64,000 nt of DNA from Setoptus koraiensis (lineage: Eukaryota > Animalia > Arthropoda): assembly GCA_048013815.1 (NCBI GenBank), contig CM106585.1, forward strand, positions 9,920,001 through 9,984,000, written 5' to 3'. The number at the start of each line of letters is the position of its first letter. Position 1 is the stretch's first letter. The translations under genes were made by a program, and so were the position numbers. Shown piece by piece: positions 52,201 through 61,015 of this stretch. Below the pieces are notes generated by a model, which had not been told where the DNA came from, searched no databases, and saw nothing but the letters and a program-made list of their open reading frames with translations.

Positions 52201-54240
52201 CACAAAGATGATGGAAGCAGCAGATGCAACAACAGCGTAATGATAACGTCCATGATTTCGCTACGTGCCTAGCTCTCAGCGCAGGCACGTAGCGCGGCCA
52301 GCTCACAATCAAAGTCCGATTGTCGAGCTAGACCGTGAACTTGGGCAAATAATCACCAACTATGCTCGTTGGCCAGCCAGTTTGGATGGGCCCGCAACAC
52401 CATTAAAGCGGCACAATGCGCCGCTCTCGATGCACCAACGCAACGCAGCGCAACCGTCTGACAGGGCACATCTACACGCAACAACAATGGTAATAATATA
52501 ATACGTTATATAATATGTTATATAATACAACATGATATAATATTATATAAATATAAAAGTAAAAGTAAAAAGCAGCGCAACAACAGAGGCGTAGAATTTC
52601 TTTGTCGGTGAACAACAATGAGCCGAAACAAGCCGAGCTGAATTGGGCCCTAGCGAGCTTGCCAGCTTGGGAGTAGTAACCCTTCCTCGGCAAACTGCAA
52701 CGCGCTAGGCAGCCGCCATCTATTCATTATGGTCGCCCTCGCTGCCATCTATCATTCCGATCCCCACTGTCTAGTTTTCAAACAATCTAAAACATATACA
52801 TACGCACATAGATGCAATAAAGTGAGCCGTGTTAGCGGTTAGCCGGCTCGATGCAGCTAGCGACTCGATCGAAAGCAAGTGCCAAATCGAAAGCCATCGA
52901 ATGGGCCAAGAGGCGCACAAAGCGTCTTGGCAGCGACACTTTCGTCACTAGAGCCCGGCTTCGTTGGCTCTCGAGCGCATAATAACACTCTCAACACAGT
53001 GATAGCAATAATAATTTCAATTTGGTCTAGTGTGCACGACAAACAATAATAATTGTATCCATGACTGTGCATATGCACCCCCCGACACATCCACACAACA
53101 CATTACATAACAGCCCCACAGTATGAGCACTGACAGCTTTGAAAAATTCCAACACAACAACACAATTCCTCCCCCCCCCCTGTGTACTCACCAACTTACC
53201 CACCAGCTAACTAACTCTACCATTGGCTAAACCCTGCTGGATAGACCCTCTTGGCTAGCGAGCCGACACACATACACACACTTACACACACGTAGCTAAC
53301 AGAGGCGCTTTTTTGGCGCAACAAAATAAGTAACAAACTGAGCGAAACACCAGCCAGATCTTGGCGTGTTCCTCGGCGGCGCGTCATTTGTTTCATATCT
53401 ATTCTTGGGGCCTGAACTTTCAGACTGCACGCATAGTCTGCTCGCCAAATGATGAATAACTCCCTGCCAACTTTCACTTGAGGCCACCATTCAACGGCAA
53501 CACCAACAACAAATATCTGCATTCGCTCACCTTTTGCCGGTCTACGCGCCAAAGGTGAGCGGATGCAAGCCGGATTAACTGAAACTGCCACCACTACCGC
53601 AGCATATGCTCGTGTTGCCCCAATATAGGCCCGCATGCCATCATCTAAATCCTTTGTCTGGCCCCAAAGGGGAACCAGGGGCCCCATTTCAGGCTGCCAA
53701 CCTTTTTCCGGGCAATTGCCTGGCCGATTTGTTGTGATGAGGAATGCGTGTAGCGGAAACACAATTCGCACTAAAATAAAACAGCGCCACTATTGACACA
53801 CGCTCGCCGATTATTGTAATATGTCCACGCGTCATATTGTAAGCGCAATCGTGGCAGTATCATCAACACGTGCCCCTCATTATGCAACCGGCGTCAAATT
53901 CACCTGGAGAGCGGCTCCAATATTGAATCTTCGCTGCCAGCTTGCAGTGGCCCGGATAAACGTCGGACGGTCATGAAGAAGGCGCATCAAGAACCGCACC
54001 ATTTCGCATCATCAACTTGCTGTTATTCCAAGCGAGTTAGTTGGTTGTAAGTAATAGTCAATAAGTCGCCAATCGTGTCAATCAATGATTTGTCGAGTCA
54101 TTCGTCAGTGAAACCATCGGCTGGCTGGTCGGTGGCGGCCAATTGATTGTCTGGCTGAAGGATTGGCATAACTCGCGAGAGGAATTGTTTCTTGAGTTTC
54201 TTGAGTTAACTTGAGTTTTCTTCTATGTACACTCTGTAAC

Positions 54241-54400
54241 GGGGAGCAAGCGGGAGCTAGGGGGAGCAGAAGGGGAGCTAGGGGGAGCAGGGGGAGCATG
54301 GGGAGCTAGGGGGAGGAGGGAGCCTCCCTCCTCCCGGGCGGGAGGAGGGAGCTGGCTGACCTTGCTCCCGCTCCCCGTCGGGGAGGGGGAGGCTCCCCCG
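54241..54400. other. G-rich GGGGAGC tandem plus palindrome (potential G-quadruplex, cruciform or H-DNA) upstream of TCTP
   Basis: About 7 units of ggggagc(t/a)ag at 54241-54310, then gggaggagggag (54311-22), ctccctcctccc (54324-35) and gggaggagggag (54340-51), exact 12-bp complements. Confidence 0.7.
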
Positions 54401-54972
54401 ATCACTATCTTGAGTTGAGTGTTTGAATATAGCGCGAGAAAACTATTTACAGAGTCGGTCGCAAGGTGCCGCTGTGCACACTTTGGCAGTTCACAACTGA
54501 TGCCAGCGACACTGCCAGAGACAGAATCGCCGCCGCATCGGACAACGATGCAACTGCACCATTGCACCACTGCACCGTCACCACGGCGAATCGTCCGTTG
54601 GCTATCGCCATCTGCAGTGATGGAATGCAATTTGCACACATCGACCACAAATTGTGCGTCTGTTTGTGTGTCACCGCAACACATCTATTCAAGTGGGACT
54701 GTGCGTCTGTGCGTTTGTCACTGACGGAAGTTGCCGCTCATCAATTTCGAAAAATGGTGCACAGGGTTGTGCACCAACGGTATGTGTGGTGCACTTAACC
54801 GGCACGCTTGTGCAGGATGCATCCGTTGCCGGCTTGTGCGGTGCGCTGTGCAGCATTGTGTGTAAACGTATATAAACTAAACGTATTTGTATATAATGAC
54901 GGATCGCAGTTGAGACGTCAGAAACATTAATATTATTTTATTTAGAAATAGAAACAATTTTTCAAATTCAAA

Positions 54973-55642
54973 ATGATCATCTTCAAGGATATTATCACCG
55001 GTGACGAAATGTTCACTGACTCGTCCAAAATGAAGGTAGTGGACGATTGTCTCTACGAGGTCACCTGTCGATATGTCACAAGAAAACAGGGCGACTTTGT
55101 GTTGGAAGGTGCGAATCCGTCCGCCGAGGGCGAGGACGGTGACGAAGGAGCCGACGATTCCCAAGTCCAGAGCGGATTGGACCTGGTGCTTAATCAACGT
55201 CTCATGGAGACCCACTTCGACAAGAAAAGCTTCACGCCCTACATCAAGGCATACTCCAAAGCGTAAGTAATACAACACTCTTCTAACACTTGTGCTCATC
55301 ATTCTTTCATTACTATGACTCTTTCACAATGATGCTAACCAATCTTCATATTTCATTGATATTAAATTACAATTAATTATACCATATCGTGTCATCATTA
55401 GTCTCGAGGCTAAATGGAAAGAAATGGGCAAATCCGAGGATGAGATAAAAGAGGCCAAAGACAGGATGATCCAAGCTGTCAAGTTGATACTTCCCAAGGT
55501 GAAGGATTGTAAATTCTACACAGGCGAAAGCGGCAACCCGGATGGCATGGTAGCATTGTTGGAGTACAGAGAAGATGCCAACGGTGAAGAAACGCCACTC
55601 ATGCTCTTCATCAAGCCCGGACTTGATGCCGAAAAAGTTTAA
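54973..55642 (+). CDS. TCTP: Translationally controlled tumour protein (176 aa); exons 54973-55262 and 55402-55642
   Basis: MIIFKDIITGDEMFTDS, EGANPSAE, SGLDLVLNQRL, FYTGESGNPDGMVALLEY, LFIKPGLDAEKV*. Donor GC|gtaagt 55263, acceptor cattag|T 55401; spliced length 531 nt. Confidence 0.98.
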
Positions 55643-55661
55643 CACTTAGCACTGTTTAGCA

Positions 55662-55679
55662 ATTAAAGAATGATTTATT
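55662..55679. terminator. Bidirectional polyadenylation element: ATTAAA (+) and AATAAA (-) 6 nt apart; duplicated at 58209-58226
   Basis: attaaagaatgatttatt lies 20 nt after the TCTP stop; an identical 18-mer lies 23 nt past the RRS1 stop (minus strand). Function is inferred. Confidence 0.6.
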
Positions 55680-55769
55680 GATCATATGTACAAGTCTTTT
55701 ATTTCCTATTAGCACGCTCCTTCTTTTCTTCGTTCTTACTTGCAAATTAATCAACATTTGGATCAGCCT
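55662..55769 (-). pseudogene. Decayed duplicate of the RRS1 3' end and 3' UTR
   Basis: Aligns in direct orientation to 58209-58373 with two internal deletions (about 15 and about 41 nt). Translates ADPNVD*FASKNEEKKER versus ADPNVDYFAKKNEEKKER in RRS1. Confidence 0.88.
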
Positions 55770-55780
55770 TATAGGTCAGC

Positions 55781-56692
55781 TCAATAATCTAGTCTTAAAA
55801 CAGGAAGTGCCGGTGTATATCGATTGTACACAAGCGCAGCTCGAGTAGTGGTTGTTGTAGCCACAGTTGAGGTGCCGTTGGTGATAATTGAACCCGCTCT
55901 ATTGTCACCATTGTCTCTATTGTTTTCGACATGATCATGAGTGGTGGTGGTGGTGTCATCTTGGTCACAATAATTGATTAGATCATGCCAATGATCTGGT
56001 ACACACTCAAAGTATTTATCCATGGCCTCACAAAATCTAATCCGATACAAATCTGGCTCTATTATTGTGGGCATCTTGGCGCTGCCCACAGACTTGACAA
56101 CTCTCTCAATTTTTTTATCCCATGTGAACGGACGCACGTAGTCGATTATGCCCAATACTAACTCACTTTTTTCATTGTCTATACCAACCAGCAACGAGTA
56201 GTCCATGACGGATAACGAAGTCAAGAAACTGGCATCATTGTGTATGGCCTGATTGAGAATTATTTTTGAATGGGCGCGAATAAAAAGCGGGTGATCACAA
56301 GTAATCCTAAGCAGGTTTTCGTCCATTAATACTAAATCGGACGATCTTTTACTATGGTCAGCTGTGTTGACGAGACGATTTCGCATTGAGCCCTTCAAAT
56401 CGAACCGTTGGATTATTTGTCGCTGATAGAAGAGATTTTGCATAACGAGAAAATACAATTTTGACGAGACATTTGTAGAGCAGTTTTGCATGTAGTCAAA
56501 AGTTTGCGAATGATCAAATGTAGATTGCCTACTATAGGAATGGGCATAGAAGCGCAACTCCAAGTATTTGGCAAAAGATAAGTTTCTACTGTATTCAGAC
56601 AATCTCACGTATGGTGTTGCCGATTTGCAACCTCGACACCACGACCAAGTGATTTTAGAATTGTCATCTGTAACGCCGGGTCTCAGGTAGGG
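55781..56692 (-). pseudogene. Inverted partial PIKfyve duplicate, fragment 2 (CCR tail fused to PIPK C-lobe); reading frame still open
   Basis: Matches 6737-6926, 7969-7984, 8054-8704 and 8723-8759. Net deletions of 1041, 69 and 18 nt are all in frame. It lacks the GGKSGS loop and the RFIMK lysine. New ATG (ATA to ATG) in DYMQN. Confidence 0.9.
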
Positions 56693-56859
56693 ACGATTCC
56701 TTCATAGGACAGTATGGCGCAAGAAGAAAGAATGACATGCAAACTATACTATCTACAGGTGTTGCAACCTTTGTTTAATAATATATATTTAAAATATTTC
56801 TGAAAACTCAATGTTAGAGAATAAATTTATTGTATTTCTAAGCAAATTTACAATCATTC

Positions 56860-57324
56860 TCAAAATCGTCTTTCAAAAATCTGTTGCATCATGAATCTTA
56901 CGAAGTCCGAGCGAAGGCTAGGCAATATGTACGTTTGATAAAGATTTTTCAACCAGGAAAAGATTACATCAGTCTCTTCGCGAATAGCTGGTAGCCAGTG
57001 AAGTGAAAAGTTGCCACCACAGAGGCCGAAACATAGTGTGATGTTTGGTGAATTTGTGTGCATGGCATCTTGACGTTTCACTCTGCCGAAGCTAGCTTTG
57101 TTGAGACCCTGGGCCAAGACATCTCCGGATGATTTAACGGCGTCCAAAGGATTAACGGATGCTTGCTGTAGGGATGGCACGTCCATTTTCGGTGCTTCAA
57201 TTGCTGCGGATCGGCGTCCTCGGTTAAACTGGGGCCTGCTCTGACATGACACTTGATGCTCCGATAGAGTAATGGCCATCACTACTACTGCTAACAAGAC
57301 AATGATCGACAATAGTTTAGACAT
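56860..57324 (-). CDS. Secreted 154-aa prepropeptide-like protein (candidate neuropeptide or effector precursor)
   Basis: ATG with signal peptide MSKLLSIIVLLAVVVMAITLSEHQVSC, then QSRPQFNR-G-RR, an RVKR furin-type site and a C-terminal segment with two Cys. TATAAAA about 180 nt upstream (57509-57503, minus) and AATAAA 29 nt after the stop (56831-56826). Confidence 0.7.
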   Translation of the reverse strand: MSKLLSIIVLLAVVVMAITLSEHQVSCQSRPQFNRGRRSAAIEAPKMDVPSLQQASVNPLDAVKSSGDVLAQGLNKASFGRVKRQDAMHTNSPNITLCFGLCGGNFSLHWLPAIREETDVIFSWLKNLYQTYILPSLRSDFVRFMMQQIFERRF

Positions 57325-57549
57325 TATGAAGATGTTGTTGGCTGTACTTACTTCAACTGTGATTTAACTTTGATTGATTCTGATCGGAGTGTGTGTGAGG
57401 ATGTCAAGCGACGACGATTTGTAAGAAATAATTAAGATATGTTGATCAAATTTCGGACATCTCAACATCATCCGATAAGATCAACAAATAACTGTTTGCC
57501 CGTTTTATAGCAAGCGCTGTAACTATAAGAGTTTCGAATCGAAACAATG

Positions 57550-57737
57550 ATTTGTGTTTGCTTATTCGATTATCAGCTCGATGTATCATCTTCATGGTGC
57601 GTGATAGTTTTGGCCAGTTGCAAACAATTATCACATTCACAAGGTAACCTAGTTAGTCTGCATTTGCAATTGGCCAAAGCTAACACGAACCATGGAGATG
57701 ATACATTGAGCTGATGATCGGAGTAATGAACACAAAT
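57550..57737 (+). ncRNA. Long hairpin (75-bp stem, 38-nt loop); candidate hpRNA or miRNA-like precursor
   Basis: Arms 57550-57624 and 57663-57737 pair without gaps: 62 Watson-Crick, 8 G:U and 5 mismatches on the plus strand. Only 1 mismatch would be G:U on the minus strand. Confidence 0.6.
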
Positions 57738-57884
57738 AGCAGCTACTCTGGTTAAAACTACCCAACTCAAGAGCCTGAAAATATCAGAATTTGCGATCCA
57801 GTTTCTTCTGAAACCATAAGAGGAAAATTCAAAGGTTACAGATTCAAGCATGGTTTCCTTCAGACAATGATCCTGCAACTCTTT

Positions 57885-58190
57885 AGGCAATCATTACACA
57901 ACCATCGCCATGTACAAATCTTCTGGTGTGTAACAGTACAGAAGTTGTGCAGCCGCTTGAAGGGCATTAGTAATTTATATCGAAACAGCACCTGTCTAGA
58001 AAGTTGCCCAATGATGAATCATTTTGACCATAGTAATTCATTTTGATTGTTGAAGGTTTCACGCAATATTCTGGAGCTGTGGCCGATGAGCTGGAATAAC
58101 TACTGAATAGAACAGCCAAAAATTGATTGTTTGCAGAATCTAGACAATCTTTTGGTTGACCAATAGGCTCACTAGATATTTGAGGCCCGA
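57885..58190 (-). pseudogene. Inverted partial PIKfyve duplicate, fragment 1 (CCR N-part), with a nonsense mutation
   Basis: Matches 6420-6725 with about 15 substitutions in 306 nt, including CAA to TAA at 57969-57967. Confidence 0.92.
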
Positions 58191-58248
58191 GGATCAATGA
58201 TTAGAATGATTAAAGAATGATTTATTGATTATATGTACAAGAATCGGT

Positions 58249-58857
58249 CTATCTGATCTTTTGTTTCTTAGTAGCTGAGGAGATATTGCGTAGTTTTTGA
58301 AATTCATTCTTGGCAACACGTTCCTTCTTTTCTTCGTTCTTCTTTGCGAAATAATCAACATTTGGATCGGCCTGATCAGGCACCTCAATGATCCAGTCTT
58401 TCTGCTCTTCATTTTGGGCACGTTTGTAACCATGCCTGGGCACCCATTTGTTTGTGACATCGTCCCAAACAAGCCTCTCATTTCTGTCTTTGGTTTTGTT
58501 CTTTGTGATGCCTTTCTGTTTGGCAAACCTCTCCCATTTGGTAGGCTCTTTCGGTTTGGGGATATGTCTAGAACGGGGTAGTATAGTGGTGCCAGGTGGT
58601 AGTTTAACAACGTTGAGGCCATCCACCATGGTGGTCTCTAATTGGCATAAATCATTTATAATGGCTTGTGCCCCATTTCTGGCGATCTTTTCCAGATAAT
58701 CCTCCCTGGCCTTGCCAGCTTTGGGCATTGCTAGATTGTCGCCGTCCCATACGGTTAAATTTCCTAGATCCAACTGTAGGCATCTTTCAATTGTAACTTT
58801 TTCATCTATTTTTTTCTGTTCAGAGCTGATATGCTCTAGAACCTTTGAAATATCCAT
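58249..58857 (-). CDS. RRS1: Ribosome biogenesis regulatory protein RRS1, short 202-aa form, intronless
   Basis: LDLGNLTVWD, ARNGAQAIINDL, KLPPGTTILPR, PTKWERFAKQKGI, LVWDDVTNKWVPRHGYKR, WIIEVPDQADP, KKERVAKNEFQKLRN. Confidence 0.95.
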   Translation of the reverse strand: MDISKVLEHISSEQKKIDEKVTIERCLQLDLGNLTVWDGDNLAMPKAGKAREDYLEKIARNGAQAIINDLCQLETTMVDGLNVVKLPPGTTILPRSRHIPKPKEPTKWERFAKQKGITKNKTKDRNERLVWDDVTNKWVPRHGYKRAQNEEQKDWIIEVPDQADPNVDYFAKKNEEKKERVAKNEFQKLRNISSATKKQKIR

Positions 58858-59253
58858 CTCTTGTTGCTGTCGGATGTGTCACAATAATATTAATGATGGA
58901 TGATAATAATGAATGCAAATTAAATATCCTAACAATGTGTAGATCGCGTGCGAATGTTTTCATTTTCATGCTGAATGTAAACACAGTCAAGACGAAACGA
59001 AATGAGAATGCGTGAGCACGTTTTTCCAATGACGCGAGTGCTGCGATTCGCGCCAATTACAAACGTCGCGATATTTCAAATATCATTTGAAATGTGTTTG
59101 ACACTCCAGTTACAATTGGCAGAGTTAGAGAAGATTTAAAACGCTACAGACGGCACATAGAAGTAAAATTTGAAGCAAGCTTGCCTAGCCCATCTCAGTT
59201 AGTTAGAGCGAAACAATCACCAATTTGCACAATTTCAAGCACAACAATCGCGT

Positions 59254-60732
59254 ATGTATCAGTCCGGGAAGCTGCGCCTGCTCGAGATAGACCGAGGCAT
59301 CGAGGAGCCCGCCTCGTTGACGTATCTAGACCTGAGCAAAGTGTCAATAGTAGACAGGCAAAGATTGAACGAGATATTGCCGAAAATACCCGATCTAAAA
59401 CTCAAGCCAGAGCCCGTGTTTACCGGCGAGCTGGACCTAATAGGGGCCACGCGCAAGATCAAGACAATACCGGCTCCGAAGCTCGAAGAGACAATAGAGC
59501 GAATTCTAGGCAAATCGTCATTTACGTCCGACAGGTCCGTTAGTTCGACAGGCAGGAGCATATTGCGTCATGACGCCAGCATCAGCAGCGCTGGCACATC
59601 GATAATTGTTCCAACTATTGCACACTCCAAAAGCGCCCCAAAATTGTTCTCGGTCAACAAGACAATTCAGTCGCACGTAGGAATGCCGCCGGAAGTCAAA
59701 AATGCCCCCGATAGAGTGAAATGGAACTCGCGCGACACCCACATATACACCAAAAACGGTATAAGTCATCACGAGAATGTGCCCAATTCGTTGTATCGGC
59801 GACCCAGGATGATAGCGCGCGACCAGCAAACATCGAGTGACCAGTTGACAAAAATGATCAAGAAAACAACAAAGGCAGCCAAAAGCGTAAATTTGGGACA
59901 ACCGAATGCGGACGATAACTCACCAGTCAGAACTCACCAGTTGAGGGCACCAGTGGCAAATGGTGGGCCCGCCGACTACGACGATAACTATCCATTCGCA
60001 GATCCTATGCCCGAGTCAATGGCCAAAGCGGTGAACATTAACGATCTTATTCTCACTGATATTGATTGGAAAATGTTGACACTAGCCAGACCGAGTAGCT
60101 CGTACGAGGAGGAGTTTTTCAGCAAACTGGTTCACTTGCACCGGTTGCGATATAGGTTGCGCCTGAGCGAAGGTCGCGAGTCGGCCAAGCGAAACGTTTT
60201 CGCGGTTACACGCCACCCAAAAGTTATACAATATCACACCAACAAACAGAGGAGGAGATACTCGTTTTTTGGGCCCCCGTCGGTGCACCAGCCACAAGCA
60301 ATGTTGGTGTCGTCGCGAACAACATTGACAGACGCACCTGATCACCTGGTGGCGGGCAGTGGTCAGGCAATGGTGAATTACGACGACAAGACAGAATGCA
60401 AGCGAGAGGATGATGATATTGAAAAAGATTGGAATTATGAGGCATTTGCGCGCCAAGAGCAAGATTTGTTGAACACTGAACACGGCGGCAAGCAAGATAG
60501 TAACAAATTAGATGGAGCGAAAACTGGCGGCAGGTTGCAGCAAATTGGTCGTCATCGTAACGAGATATTCAGCGACAGCGGCAGCACTAACAGTGGCTTG
60601 TTGGACGGACTAGAGCATTCCAGCTTGGATGGTAACAACAACAACATTGAGGATTTAGTGCAAACGTTTGATTCTAATCTAGATATAGACACAATTTTGG
60701 AGCATCTCATGTTGACGGCCACAGCTACATGA
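59254..60732 (+). CDS. Uncharacterised 492-aa protein, divergently transcribed from RRS1
   Basis: Long ATG-initiated ORF with normal coding composition and a conserved-looking block DPMPESM...INDLILTDIDWKMLTLARPSSSYEEEFFSKLVHLHRL. A short upstream exon (59094-59162 plus a 40-nt GT-AG intron to 59202) is possible. Confidence 0.8.
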   Translation: MYQSGKLRLLEIDRGIEEPASLTYLDLSKVSIVDRQRLNEILPKIPDLKLKPEPVFTGELDLIGATRKIKTIPAPKLEETIERILGKSSFTSDRSVSSTGRSILRHDASISSAGTSIIVPTIAHSKSAPKLFSVNKTIQSHVGMPPEVKNAPDRVKWNSRDTHIYTKNGISHHENVPNSLYRRPRMIARDQQTSSDQLTKMIKKTTKAAKSVNLGQPNADDNSPVRTHQLRAPVANGGPADYDDNYPFADPMPESMAKAVNINDLILTDIDWKMLTLARPSSSYEEEFFSKLVHLHRLRYRLRLSEGRESAKRNVFAVTRHPKVIQYHTNKQRRRYSFFGPPSVHQPQAMLVSSRTTLTDAPDHLVAGSGQAMVNYDDKTECKREDDDIEKDWNYEAFARQEQDLLNTEHGGKQDSNKLDGAKTGGRLQQIGRHRNEIFSDSGSTNSGLLDGLEHSSLDGNNNNIEDLVQTFDSNLDIDTILEHLMLTATAT

Positions 60733-61015
60733 TAACCTCAAATTAATAGCATCATAGCTGGTCCTCACTTTCTGTCTGTATCATGGCAAACAAGCCATGA
60801 TACAGACAGGCCAGTGAGCAGTGTGAGCGGATAAAAAACTTGTGTCACCTTGTCAATGTTTAGTTATGTGACAGGTAATATAAGATTATGTAACAAGATT
60901 ACAATTACAACTGCATGACGACTGCACTCAATGATGCAATAATGTATTCAATTCCTAAACAAATTATATGTGTAGCAAATGTGTGTGTGTGTATACTGTA
61001 TGATATTTGTGTCGA

